Source: Alkalihalobacillus trypoxylicola (GTDB lineage Bacteria; Bacillota; Bacilli; Bacillales; Bacillaceae_D). From it: a stretch of DNA of 40,000 nt. The position numbers and the translations under genes are program-made. The stretch spans positions 9,216 through 49,215 of the forward strand of contig NZ_LTAO01000004.1 of assembly GCF_001590785.1 (NCBI RefSeq), in the 5' to 3' direction. Positions 9,272 to 17,869 of this stretch are shown here, piece after piece (position 1 is the first letter of the stretch; every line of letters begins with the position of its first letter). The notes beneath the pieces are model-generated. The model made no database searches. It saw only the letters and a list, made by a program, of their open reading frames with translations, and had not been told where the DNA came from.

Positions 9272-10303
9272 TTATTGGTATCTTTCTCTCCACTCATTGC
9301 GTATACGATCATAGTTTTCTACAACCCAATCAATATCTAAATCCATCGCTTTATCTTGAAGACCATCTAACGTTAACGGTGATTTCCCTTCAATACTAGG
9401 GTCAACAGGAATGTGGAACCAATCTGCTTTAATCTGCTGCCCTTCTGGAGAAAGCATAAAGTCAATAAACTTTTGTCCGCCTTCTGGATTTGGTCCGTTT
9501 TCAATAATAGCTGCAGGGTTTACAAGAACAGGTGTATTTTCTGGAATATGAAAGTCAACCGACTCACCTCGATCTTTCATTTGGTAAGCCATAAAGTCAA
9601 ATCCAACACCAATTGATGCTTCACCTGTTGAGGCTGCTTGAGCAGGAGCTCCACCCGAGTCTGGGAAACTGCTTACATTTTGAACTAAAGCATCAAAGTA
9701 TTCCCAACCAGCCTCTTCTCCTTTTTCCATTAGCTGACTAAGTACTAATAATGTTGCCGTCCCTGAGGCTGCAGGGTTTGGTATTTGAATTTCTCCTGCC
9801 CATTTTTCATCTAATAACTCGTCCCAAGTTTGCGGTAGTTCTGACTCATCTACTAAGTCTGTATTATAAATTAAACCTAGTACAAACACTTCAAGGCCTA
9901 CCCACCTGAAATCTTCATGTCTCATTTTGATTCCATCTTGATACACTTCCCAATTTTCTGCAATTTCAGGAGTATAAGAACCGATGAATCCTCGGTCAAT
10001 TGCAGATTCAAATGGTAAAAGTCCACCTCCACCATACCAAACATCAGCTTGTGGATTGTCCATTTCAGCAATCATCTGATTAACTAAAACATTTGTCCCT
10101 GCATATTGAACATTAACAGAAATTCCAGTTTCCTCTTCAAAAGCCTCCGCAATTTCACGTGTCATATCAGGTGTCTCTGGTGAATATAAAGTAACGGAAC
10201 CTCCAGAGCCTCCATTGGAATCATCTGAATCAGAGCCTCCGCAAGCTGCCAAAGCAACGACTGAAACTATTGCTAACATTAGTAAACTAGTAAAACGCCT
10301 CAT
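9272..10303 (-). CDS. ABC transporter substrate-binding lipoprotein (family-1 SBP, FbpA/AfuA-like)
   Basis: Signal peptide with lipobox ALAACGG. RBS GGGGAGGG. First gene of the operon with the ATPase and permease. Confidence 0.85.
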   Translation of the reverse strand: MRRFTSLLMLAIVSVVALAACGGSDSDDSNGGSGGSVTLYSPETPDMTREIAEAFEEETGISVNVQYAGTNVLVNQMIAEMDNPQADVWYGGGGLLPFESAIDRGFIGSYTPEIAENWEVYQDGIKMRHEDFRWVGLEVFVLGLIYNTDLVDESELPQTWDELLDEKWAGEIQIPNPAASGTATLLVLSQLMEKGEEAGWEYFDALVQNVSSFPDSGGAPAQAASTGEASIGVGFDFMAYQMKDRGESVDFHIPENTPVLVNPAAIIENGPNPEGGQKFIDFMLSPEGQQIKADWFHIPVDPSIEGKSPLTLDGLQDKAMDLDIDWVVENYDRIRNEWRERYQ

Positions 10304-10373
10304 TTTAAAAACCCTCCCCTAATATAATTAAAACGCTTTCATAAGAAGCAATATGATCTTATCATACATCCGC

Positions 10374-10441
10374 AAAAAAAATAGAAGAGAATTTTCCACA
10401 ACGAAATAAGGTCATTTCGCTGAGGGTCTTCTCTTCTATTC
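10374..10441 (-). terminator. Leader terminator/attenuator of the ABC operon; also terminates glpD
   Basis: On the minus strand a 12-bp stem AATAGAAGAGAA / TTCTCTTCTATT encloses an inner hairpin CGAAAT/ATTTCG and is followed by an 8-nt U-run. It lies between a sigma-A-like promoter and the SBP start codon. Confidence 0.7.
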
Positions 10442-10467
10442 TCTACCCAAAATATATGATTAAATAA

Positions 10468-10496
10468 ATTATACTTAAAGTACACACTATTTTCAA
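10468..10496 (-). promoter_or_regulatory. Sigma-A-type promoter for the ABC-HAD-glpP operon
   Basis: Minus strand TTGAAA (10496-10491), a 17-nt spacer, then TATAAT (10473-10468). Confidence 0.6.
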
Positions 10497-10550
10497 TATT
10501 TATTTAACAAATAGTTAAAAAAGTTTGTTAAAATGGAATATTATGCTTTT

Positions 10551-12206
10551 TTATAAATCAGTAGGCTTCTCAGCAGCCTTTATTCTATCTAATAACTCTT
10601 GCTTATATAGAGCCTTCTCTTGTTCATTCCATTTTAGTGTAACACCCATAAATATGATAACGTGCTCCGACCACCTCTTAACCCAATCGATATCAAAAAA
10701 CAAGGAGCCTGTTCGGTTTATAAAGAAATCTATCGGCTTCACGACCATCTCATTTTCTATTCCATAACACAGCTGCATATAGATATCTAAGTCAAGATTA
10801 TGCTTTTCACCCTCGTGCCAATCTTTGCTGTATGAAAAGACTCGCTCAATATTTGAACCATAAAGTCTAACTAGCTTCTCACTACTCTCTTTCGTCAGTC
10901 CTAAGACCATTCCTTGCTCTACCTGCTTTTCAATAAAAGCGGGATACCCTGCTGAGCCACCTACATCTCCTCCAGAAATCGGCAATTTCTTCGTTTGACA
11001 TCCCGAATACAGGATATTATGTTCCTTTTCTAATAAATCAGCCACTAAATTAATAGTTAATTCAGCCATTTTCCTATATCCTGTTAGTTTACCACCTGCT
11101 ATCGAGATTAGCCCTGATTCCGACTGCCAAATTTCATCCTTTCTAGAGATTTCAGATTCTTTTTTCCCTTCCTCGTAAATCAACGGCCTTACTCCTGCCC
11201 AGCTTGATTCCACATCTGATTCATCAATCGATAAAGAAGGAAACATGTAATGAATACTATTTAAAATATAAATACGGTCATCCTGTTCCATCGTTGGATT
11301 AGAAGTATCTCCGTTATAAAAAGTATCGGTTGTACCAACATATGTTTTTCCCCCACGAGGTATCGCAAAAACCATTCGCCCATCAGGTGTATCAAAGTAA
11401 ACAGCTTGTTTTAAAGGAAATTTTGATTGGTCTAAAACGATATGAACACCTTTTGAGAGCTTTAACTGCTTTCCTTTTTTTGAATGGTCTAACTCACGAA
11501 TCTGATCGACCCATGGGCCAGCTGCATTAATCACTTTTTTAGCAAAAATTTCGATTTTCTCACCTGTTAGTAAATCCCTTACGACGACACCCTTTACTCG
11601 ACCTTCCTCATAAAGTAAGCCTTCTACCTTTGCATAATTAGCAGCAAGAGCACCGAAACGAATTGCTTCCTTCAGAACCTCAATCGTCAGCCTAGCATCA
11701 TCGGTACGATACTCTACATAGTAGCCGCCGCCCTTTAACCCTTCTTTTTTTACAAGTGGCTCTTTTTGTAAAGTCTCATTTATGGAGAGCATCTTTCTTC
11801 TTTCCTTTTTCTTTACTCCCGCTAAAAAATCATACACTCTTAACCCCAATGAGGTTGTAAACTTTCCAAAGTTCCCCCCCTCATGAAAAGGTAAAAGCAT
11901 CCATTCAGGTGTCGTGACATGTGGGCCATTTTCATATACAATCGCTCTTTCCTTGCCTACCTCTGCTACAAGTCCAATTTCTAATTGCTTTAAATAACGT
12001 AAACCTCCATGAACAAGCTTTGTTGAACGACTTGACGTTCCCGCAGCAAAATCTTGCATTTCAATAAGGCCAACTTTCATCCCTCTTGTACTGGCATCAA
12101 GTGCAATCCCTGCCCCCGTAATTCCACCACCGATAATCATAACATCTAAGCTATTCTGACTCATTTCTTCTAATATGGACTTTCGACTATTACTTGAAAA
12201 ATTCAT
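10551..12206 (-). CDS. glpD: Aerobic FAD-dependent glycerol-3-phosphate dehydrogenase GlpD
   Basis: FAD fold IIGGGITGAG plus full-length GlpD-like sequence. The ATG at 12206 has GGAGG 8 nt upstream, and the longest ORF reaches 12230. Confidence 0.9.
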   Translation of the reverse strand: MNFSSNSRKSILEEMSQNSLDVMIIGGGITGAGIALDASTRGMKVGLIEMQDFAAGTSSRSTKLVHGGLRYLKQLEIGLVAEVGKERAIVYENGPHVTTPEWMLLPFHEGGNFGKFTTSLGLRVYDFLAGVKKKERRKMLSINETLQKEPLVKKEGLKGGGYYVEYRTDDARLTIEVLKEAIRFGALAANYAKVEGLLYEEGRVKGVVVRDLLTGEKIEIFAKKVINAAGPWVDQIRELDHSKKGKQLKLSKGVHIVLDQSKFPLKQAVYFDTPDGRMVFAIPRGGKTYVGTTDTFYNGDTSNPTMEQDDRIYILNSIHYMFPSLSIDESDVESSWAGVRPLIYEEGKKESEISRKDEIWQSESGLISIAGGKLTGYRKMAELTINLVADLLEKEHNILYSGCQTKKLPISGGDVGGSAGYPAFIEKQVEQGMVLGLTKESSEKLVRLYGSNIERVFSYSKDWHEGEKHNLDLDIYMQLCYGIENEMVVKPIDFFINRTGSLFFDIDWVKRWSEHVIIFMGVTLKWNEQEKALYKQELLDRIKAAEKPTDL

Positions 12207-12228
12207 GCTCTTCGCCTCCCATATTGGC

Positions 12229-12280
12229 AAAAAAAGACCACACTAAACACAAAGGAAGGCTCCTTATGTGTAGTGTGGTC
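12229..12280 (-). terminator. glpD leader terminator (candidate GlpP antitermination target)
   Basis: On the minus strand GACCACACTACACA...TGTGTTTAGTGTGGTC is followed by a 7-nt U-run. It sits between the promoter and the glpD RBS, matching the known B. subtilis glpD leader logic. Confidence 0.75.
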
Positions 12281-12317
12281 TCTCTTATTCTCTAACCAAC
12301 TTTATGATGTTACGTCT

Positions 12318-12346
12318 AATATACTACCCAATGAATCATTTTGCAA
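12318..12346 (-). promoter_or_regulatory. Sigma-A-type promoter of glpD
   Basis: Minus strand TTGCAA (12346-12341), a 17-nt spacer, then TATATT (12323-12318). Confidence 0.55.
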
Positions 12347-12387
12347 GACTACATGGCATTAATTGTCGTTATTCAATGAAAACGAAA

Positions 12388-12654
12388 TTAATAATAGTAA
12401 GGTGGATAGTATGGAGGTGGATATGGATAAGGGTATGGATAGCCATATCCAGGGAATAAAGCGTTCGCCGCTAATCCTCCTAAAAAACCACCTACAAAGG
12501 GACCACCAAAGCCGAAGCCAGGTCTTCCTCCCCATCCAGGTCTCCCTCCCCAACCCGGACGACCTCCCCATGGTCTTCTTACCATTGAATGGTCAACGGA
12601 TACCTGTTGTTGGTGCGGATACCATGTATAATGCTGATTTTCTTGATTATTCAT
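12388..12654 (-). CDS. Small Gly/Pro/Tyr/Trp-rich low-complexity protein (possible spore-coat-like protein)
   Basis: 88 aa. Strong RBS GAAGGAGG 9 nt upstream of the ATG. Contains WGGRPG x3 and a YPYPYPYPPPYYPPYYY tail. Confidence 0.65.
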   Translation of the reverse strand: MNNQENQHYTWYPHQQQVSVDHSMVRRPWGGRPGWGGRPGWGGRPGFGFGGPFVGGFLGGLAANALFPGYGYPYPYPYPPPYYPPYYY

Positions 12655-12796
12655 CGTGATCTACCTCCTTCAATGGTATCAGTATATGCATTCGTCTAAA
12701 TTTGCTTTGGGCAGGTGACTAGTAAAGGAGAAAAAGACAATGTAAACGAACATATATGCAATTCACTTAATATAACTTATTAGAAAATAAGTAATT

Positions 12797-13729
12797 TTAT
12801 ATTTTAAATAAATAAGCCCACGTATTCTGTCCCACTATACCATCAACAATAAGGTTATTATTCTGTTGATAGTCACGTACTGCTTTTTCTGTTATTGGTC
12901 CAAAGATACCATCTGCTTTAATTCCCAATTTACGTTGTACCGCTCTTACATCTTCACCCCGTATATTTGGACGAGTCAATCGAAGTAAACGATTATATTT
13001 AAATTTAGACTCCCGTTGCATGTTCAGTTCTGCCCATGTTTTAGAACCGACGATTCCATCCTGTGTTAATCCTTTTGCTCGTTGAAAGGCTAAAACCGTT
13101 TTGTGTGTTTCCTCTCCAAAATGGTTATCTGCCCCAAATACCGGTAAAGGAAAACCATGAGCAATTAAACGTTTCTGCATAGTTCCCACAGCTTTACCTC
13201 TCGAACCTTTTTTTAAGGTAGGTGTAGGATTGTTAAACTTTGTACCTGCAGTTTTTGGAGGAGGAGGCATTTGGGTACTAGAGTTTAACTGCTGCCTTAC
13301 TGTATTCATATCAATTCCCGGACATAAAGTATTTGCGCCAGAGTATTCTCTATGGCCTTTCACATTAGCAATTCCTAAATTAAAACGTTTCATATTATAT
13401 TCGACTCTTTCAATCCATGCTTCTTCTTGCTCATCCGTAAAATCCCCATTACCTACCAAACAAATATGATAGGTATTGTTGTTGTGATTAGATATTCCGT
13501 TTGTTATAACATTCGGATCATAGCACAGTTGTACTTTACCATCTGGTAGAATTATTTCATGATAACCACCCGTTTTCCATCCTAAACCCCTCCAACGACC
13601 AGTCCAAAAAGAAAAGTAGTCACCGCCCTTTGTAGCGGAATGGTGACGAGCAATTGATGTGATACGAGTTAATACCCTTTTAGAAAAGCCGCCGTGTGTA
13701 TGTTTACGAATATCAAGTATTTTGCTCAT
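12797..13729 (-). CDS. Endolysin: N-acetylmuramoyl-L-alanine amidase (PGRP/amidase_2) with two PG_binding_1 repeats
   Basis: N-terminal amidase_2-like region (HHSAT, GYHEII, CPG). Two C-terminal repeats of type LKKGSRG..V..Q..L......DG.FG..T...V..FQ. Overlaps the holin stop. Confidence 0.9.
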   Translation of the reverse strand: MSKILDIRKHTHGGFSKRVLTRITSIARHHSATKGGDYFSFWTGRWRGLGWKTGGYHEIILPDGKVQLCYDPNVITNGISNHNNNTYHICLVGNGDFTDEQEEAWIERVEYNMKRFNLGIANVKGHREYSGANTLCPGIDMNTVRQQLNSSTQMPPPPKTAGTKFNNPTPTLKKGSRGKAVGTMQKRLIAHGFPLPVFGADNHFGEETHKTVLAFQRAKGLTQDGIVGSKTWAELNMQRESKFKYNRLLRLTRPNIRGEDVRAVQRKLGIKADGIFGPITEKAVRDYQQNNNLIVDGIVGQNTWAYLFKI

Positions 13730-13970
13730 ATTTTACCACCTTGATTAACCCTTGTTCTTGTAAAACTTCTTTTTGTTTTTTCCCTTTTTCCGTCACATAG
13801 TTATTATTGAACCAAGCGATTGACGCAGCAATTGCTGTAACGATTGTACTAATGATTTCATACCACACCACTTCATCTCCTGGGACTGGAGTCAAACCGA
13901 AACTTGTAAGGATTTGGTTAACTAAAGCTAATAATAAAACGATTGTCCTTATAAATGTTCCTTTATCCAT
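13713..13970 (-). CDS. Phage holin, XhlB-like
   Basis: 85 aa with two TM segments. DKGT.IRT...L.AL.NQ and WFNNNYVTEKGKKQ match my memory of PBSX XhlB. RBS AAGGAGG. Confidence 0.85.
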   Translation of the reverse strand: MDKGTFIRTIVLLLALVNQILTSFGLTPVPGDEVVWYEIISTIVTAIAASIAWFNNNYVTEKGKKQKEVLQEQGLIKVVKYEQNT

Positions 13971-13982
13971 GCAAGTACCTCC

Positions 13983-14249
13983 TTATAAATTGGCATAAAA
14001 TAGAGCAATTGCACCACCTAAAACACCGGTACAAATTGCTCCTATAATAGCTGTTGATATAGTTCTTTTAATCCATTTAGTATCATCAGCTATACTATCT
14101 AACATTTTATTAATCACTGAAATTTGCTCATCATGTCTAATAATTTCTCGTTGCAAATCTCTAACATCTTTTTCAATAACTTTAAAATTATTTTCTAATT
14201 TTAATAATTCTTTTTGTGTTTGAGCCATACCACTTACCTCCTGCAGCAT
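13983..14249 (-). CDS. XhlA-like haemolysin/lysis accessory protein
   Basis: Coiled-coil N-terminus and a C-terminal TM segment. Candidate starts are 14249 (GGAGGG, 5 nt) or 14228 (GGAGG, 8 nt). The longest ORF reaches 14282. Confidence 0.75.
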   Translation of the reverse strand: MLQEVSGMAQTQKELLKLENNFKVIEKDVRDLQREIIRHDEQISVINKMLDSIADDTKWIKRTISTAIIGAICTGVLGGAIALFYANL

Positions 14250-14294
14250 ACTATCCCTCCTTTTTATCCAAAATAAAAACACCCTTTTAGGTGT

Positions 14295-14426
14295 TTAATC
14301 TTGATATTCTTCATTTGTAATTAATTTGTATTCAACGGCTGTAATAGCACCTAACTGTACAAAGCGGACTAACTGGTCTTTGCGGCACCAATTTTTTTCG
14401 TAACGTTCTTTTAATGAATGAAACAT
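14295..14426 (-). CDS. XkdX-family small phage protein (below the ORF-track length cutoff)
   Basis: My translation is MFHSLKERYEKNWCRKDQLVRFVQLGAITAVEYKLITNEEYQD. The ATG directly abuts the upstream stop (TAGATG). The pattern ...FV..G.IT..EYK.IT.EEY is typical of XkdX. Confidence 0.7.
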   Translation of the reverse strand: MFHSLKERYEKNWCRKDQLVRFVQLGAITAVEYKLITNEEYQD

Positions 14427-14807
14427 CTAATTCACCTCCAACATCAATAACCTTAATTCCATATCTGTCTGAATTTGACCCTGTATCATTTGTTCAATAT
14501 GCATATCTGTAATTTGTTGACCTTGCTCCATACTTTGAATTTCTAAATCTGTATTTTGTTGCGCAAGTAATTCCAATGGTCCTGGAACATTTAGTGGGGA
14601 ATTTAATTCATTTAATTCTTCTTCTGTTATAGTTTCTACCCATTCATTTTTGTCTTTATCAAAGATTGGTTTCCAGTTAGGTTCAGGCAAAGGTACTAAT
14701 GTTACATTAGGTGGTAAAGGTCTGTCTAAATCTGATTCATCAATAAGAATTTGTTCAATAATTTCACCTTTAGAATTAAATCTTAACCCTGTTTTTAACT
14801 CTTTCAT
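14427..14807 (-). CDS. XkdW-like tail-fibre accessory protein
   Basis: 126 aa, positioned between the tail fibre and XkdX as in PBSX. Confidence 0.55.
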   Translation of the reverse strand: MKELKTGLRFNSKGEIIEQILIDESDLDRPLPPNVTLVPLPEPNWKPIFDKDKNEWVETITEEELNELNSPLNVPGPLELLAQQNTDLEIQSMEQGQQITDMHIEQMIQGQIQTDMELRLLMLEVN

Positions 14808-14822
14808 GTTTCTATCCTCCTA

Positions 14823-17597
14823 TTAATATAAAACTTGAGCTTTAAATTGAATCATAAAATTAGTATCTCCTGGATGACCAGATCCAGTTCTTCTTATAAT
14901 TCTACAGCTCCCAGTGTTACTTATTGTTAACGTACCAATGCCATCATCCATATTAACTAAAAATCCTCTATTAACTGCTACTCCAGACATGGAATACGGT
15001 CTAAAAGCACTCGGTAATGTAAAAGCAATTGTATTATTACCTCCACCTGATATCCTTCCAATTATTGAAACATTACCAACTGGATCCTTTGAAATTTCTA
15101 AGTCACCTGTCCAGCCATTACTTAAAGATGGTCTAGTAATAGAAGTATCACCCTCATTAATTAACCTATTCCATTCTCCCCAACCATCAGTTGTACCGGA
15201 TGCATATCTTACCATTAAAGCAGACCAGCTACTTCCTGTTGGATAAAACATTTGGTGAGCAGCTGTATTTGATTCAATATTTTTAACTGTAATAACTGAA
15301 CCAGCCCAACCATTTGAAGGTCTTTCTCTTTCAGCTCTTTCTACTGTCATACCTGTAGGATAAGATTCAGGCATCCTAGTAGATGTCCATTCTATTTTTG
15401 GTGAGAAAGCTTCTCTTAAATTCATTGGAGTTATTGATTTATTATTAGAAGCTCCATTAACTACTTCTGAAATACTAGCAAAGTCGACATTTAAAGTTCT
15501 ATTTGATGCTAAGCTTCCACCACCAGTTAAACCGTTCCCAGTTGCTATTGTTCTACTTTCAGTTACAGCATTTCTACCATCAACATTGAGTCCTGCACCT
15601 AAAATCCCTATATCGACGGCATTCCCTCCACTATAAGGGGTAACAGACGTTACCTTCGGGTCATTTCCACGAACTGCTTTTAAATCTTCCGGGTGTATTG
15701 ACTCCCCCCTAAAATACATATAGTCATAGCCTGAAAACTCTCCCCGCTCAATAAGAAACCCTAAGTAAGGGTTACCATTATAAGTAATCTTAACAAGACT
15801 TGTCCCCCCTCTTTGCATTTCTTGGGTGATAACAGATAAACCGATATTATCATTATCAGAAGTACCCCTACCGCCAGTCACAAAATATTGACCTACAGTA
15901 TTATTACTAGAGCTACTACGGACTCCTGTAATCGCTCCTACGGTTCTACTATACGCATCCGCACGACAAACAATAACGATGATGGATGTATTTCCTTCAC
16001 CTATTAGGTTTTGTGTATTTAATAATTTTACGGTACTCGTATTAATCGCTGGACTTGAGGAAAGCATCATAGAATCTAAGTCATTCATGCTTAAAAGTCT
16101 TTTCCAAGGTCGCCATAATCCGTTAGAGCTTGATGACCTTGTGTATACATCTGTTGAGTTAAATGGTATTAACATTTGCATGCACTCCGTTAATCCTTGC
16201 TTAATAACCATCATGTACACCCAACTAGTTGATAATAGATCGCTCGGTAAATTTAGAGGCGCTTGGACTCGATAAAATCCCGTATCGTATACTATATTTA
16301 AGTCATGACCATTACTTAGAGATAGCCCAACTCCATTATCATTCGTTACTTTATGTTTTTGTGCTTGAGATATAATCGCTTGAGCTACTCGAAGTGGGGT
16401 CATAACTTTACTGTTATTCGAACCTGCTGAAGCTTCGGGTTGATTAGCAAAATCATCTGAATCAAGCATATCTTTCCATGAGGTCCAACCACCAGCATTC
16501 GGTGAACCACCACTAGCAAATAACCCCATTCTAAACTTAACTTTACTTCCTCCATAAGAAGCATTATAAGGGATATATTGTTGGAAAACTGAACCATCAT
16601 TAACATATGTTCTAGTAGTAATGATGGTACCAAAACTAAACCATCCATCAGATGCTTGAACGAACACAGCACTAATTCCTACTGGATAGCTCGCTGGGGC
16701 ATCATTAGCATTTTTTGAAAAGTTAGGTAGTCGATTTATGTTAGCTGTTGTCGCTTTAGATGTAATGGCTTGAGAGGTCCTAAGTGGCGTCATAAGAGCT
16801 GTATTAACAGTTCCTTCTTCTGCCTGTGCTTGGGAAGCCAATCCATGATTCGGTACGCTTCCTAATCCTACTTGGGCTTTTGTTACATTATGTGGGTTAT
16901 TAGTTAAATTAGCATGTACATTCACCTTCTCTTGAGCACCTGCTTCAGTTTCAGTTTGTGTCCAAGCTGTCCATACACCAGAAGACGTTTGAGTTCTTAC
17001 GTGTAAATGTCCCTGATTTCTAGTATTGGTCACAGGCATAGCTAACTGAGCAGATGAACTAGTTGATTTATATGTGGTAATAACACACCATGCATCAGGG
17101 AATCCTACAGATTCAAGAGCGTCACCGCTATACATCACACTCACACCTGTAGGGTAACTATTAGCAGGTTCATTTCCATCAAAATGTCCTCTTGGTAAGA
17201 CATTTAACTTTTCACTAGTAGCCAAAGATTGAATAGCTTCAGCTACTCTCAAAGGAGTCATAAATCTACTATTAGAACTCCCTGATTTTGCTTCAGCTTG
17301 ACTCGCTACAGCGTTATTTGGAACATTACTTAAACCAACTTGATTTTTTGTAACATTATGCGGATTGTCAATATTATTAGCATGGTTATCGAAATCACTC
17401 TTTGGTGCTTGCTTCACGTTATCAACATTGCTTAATCCAACTTGGTTTTTGGTTACTTGATGGGGATTATTTCTTTGATTTTTAAATTGATTAAGGTTAT
17501 CATGGGAATCTTTTATTCCCTGTTCGATTCGATTATAATCTTGTTCTGTTATCGGATCGTCTGGTAACCAATTTGTTTTGGCATTGTAATCGGACAT
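14823..17597 (-). CDS. Tail fibre / receptor-binding protein (XkdV-like)
   Basis: 924 aa. Repeated NPH.VTK.QVGL..V.N and ...MTPLRV.QAI motifs are typical of phage fibre proteins. Located after the baseplate genes. Confidence 0.8.
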   Translation of the reverse strand: MSDYNAKTNWLPDDPITEQDYNRIEQGIKDSHDNLNQFKNQRNNPHQVTKNQVGLSNVDNVKQAPKSDFDNHANNIDNPHNVTKNQVGLSNVPNNAVASQAEAKSGSSNSRFMTPLRVAEAIQSLATSEKLNVLPRGHFDGNEPANSYPTGVSVMYSGDALESVGFPDAWCVITTYKSTSSSAQLAMPVTNTRNQGHLHVRTQTSSGVWTAWTQTETEAGAQEKVNVHANLTNNPHNVTKAQVGLGSVPNHGLASQAQAEEGTVNTALMTPLRTSQAITSKATTANINRLPNFSKNANDAPASYPVGISAVFVQASDGWFSFGTIITTRTYVNDGSVFQQYIPYNASYGGSKVKFRMGLFASGGSPNAGGWTSWKDMLDSDDFANQPEASAGSNNSKVMTPLRVAQAIISQAQKHKVTNDNGVGLSLSNGHDLNIVYDTGFYRVQAPLNLPSDLLSTSWVYMMVIKQGLTECMQMLIPFNSTDVYTRSSSSNGLWRPWKRLLSMNDLDSMMLSSSPAINTSTVKLLNTQNLIGEGNTSIIVIVCRADAYSRTVGAITGVRSSSSNNTVGQYFVTGGRGTSDNDNIGLSVITQEMQRGGTSLVKITYNGNPYLGFLIERGEFSGYDYMYFRGESIHPEDLKAVRGNDPKVTSVTPYSGGNAVDIGILGAGLNVDGRNAVTESRTIATGNGLTGGGSLASNRTLNVDFASISEVVNGASNNKSITPMNLREAFSPKIEWTSTRMPESYPTGMTVERAERERPSNGWAGSVITVKNIESNTAAHQMFYPTGSSWSALMVRYASGTTDGWGEWNRLINEGDTSITRPSLSNGWTGDLEISKDPVGNVSIIGRISGGGNNTIAFTLPSAFRPYSMSGVAVNRGFLVNMDDGIGTLTISNTGSCRIIRRTGSGHPGDTNFMIQFKAQVLY

Positions 17598-17599
17598 AT

Positions 17600-17869
17600 T
17601 TAAATCACCTCGAATGTAAATCTAAAATCTAATGAACGGTTTTGGCTGACATCCAATACAGAACTTCTTTCTGTAATGACATCTCCATTTTCATCTAAGA
17701 CCTTTATGTTTCTTACTTGTGTAGCACCTTCTGCTCTTTGGGTTAAAATCGTAATCTTTCGCCCTTCTCTAACTTTAGAAATAATTTGAACATCCTCTTC
17801 GTTCAATTGGACACTTTTTAAGCGTTCATATAAATCAATAGCCACTCTTTCTAAATAGGCTTGATTCAT
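17600..17869 (-). CDS. Small hypothetical tail/baseplate-associated protein
   Basis: 89 aa. Translationally coupled, with overlaps on both sides. Confidence 0.5.
   Translation of the reverse strand: MNQAYLERVAIDLYERLKSVQLNEEDVQIISKVREGRKITILTQRAEGATQVRNIKVLDENGDVITERSSVLDVSQNRSLDFRFTFEVI

Noticed and set aside
12359-12659. ORFs 12359..12571 (-) and 12363..12659 (+) overlapping the Gly/Pro/Tyr-rich gene.
   Set aside because: They are compositional artefacts of the low-complexity repeat. Only the 12388..12654 frame has a strong RBS.
12775-12792. A/T-only hairpin ACTTATT-agaa-AATAAGT just after the endolysin stop, considered as the terminator of the phage cluster.
   Set aside because: The stem is 7 bp with no G-C pairs and no U-tract follows. 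This is too weak to annotate.
12792-12805. Direct repeat AATTTTATATT shared between the lysin-proximal end (12793-12803) and the head-proximal spacer (29644-29654), considered as possible att sites.
   Set aside because: An 11-mer of pure A/T in A+T-rich DNA is expected by chance. No integrase or tRNA target is present.
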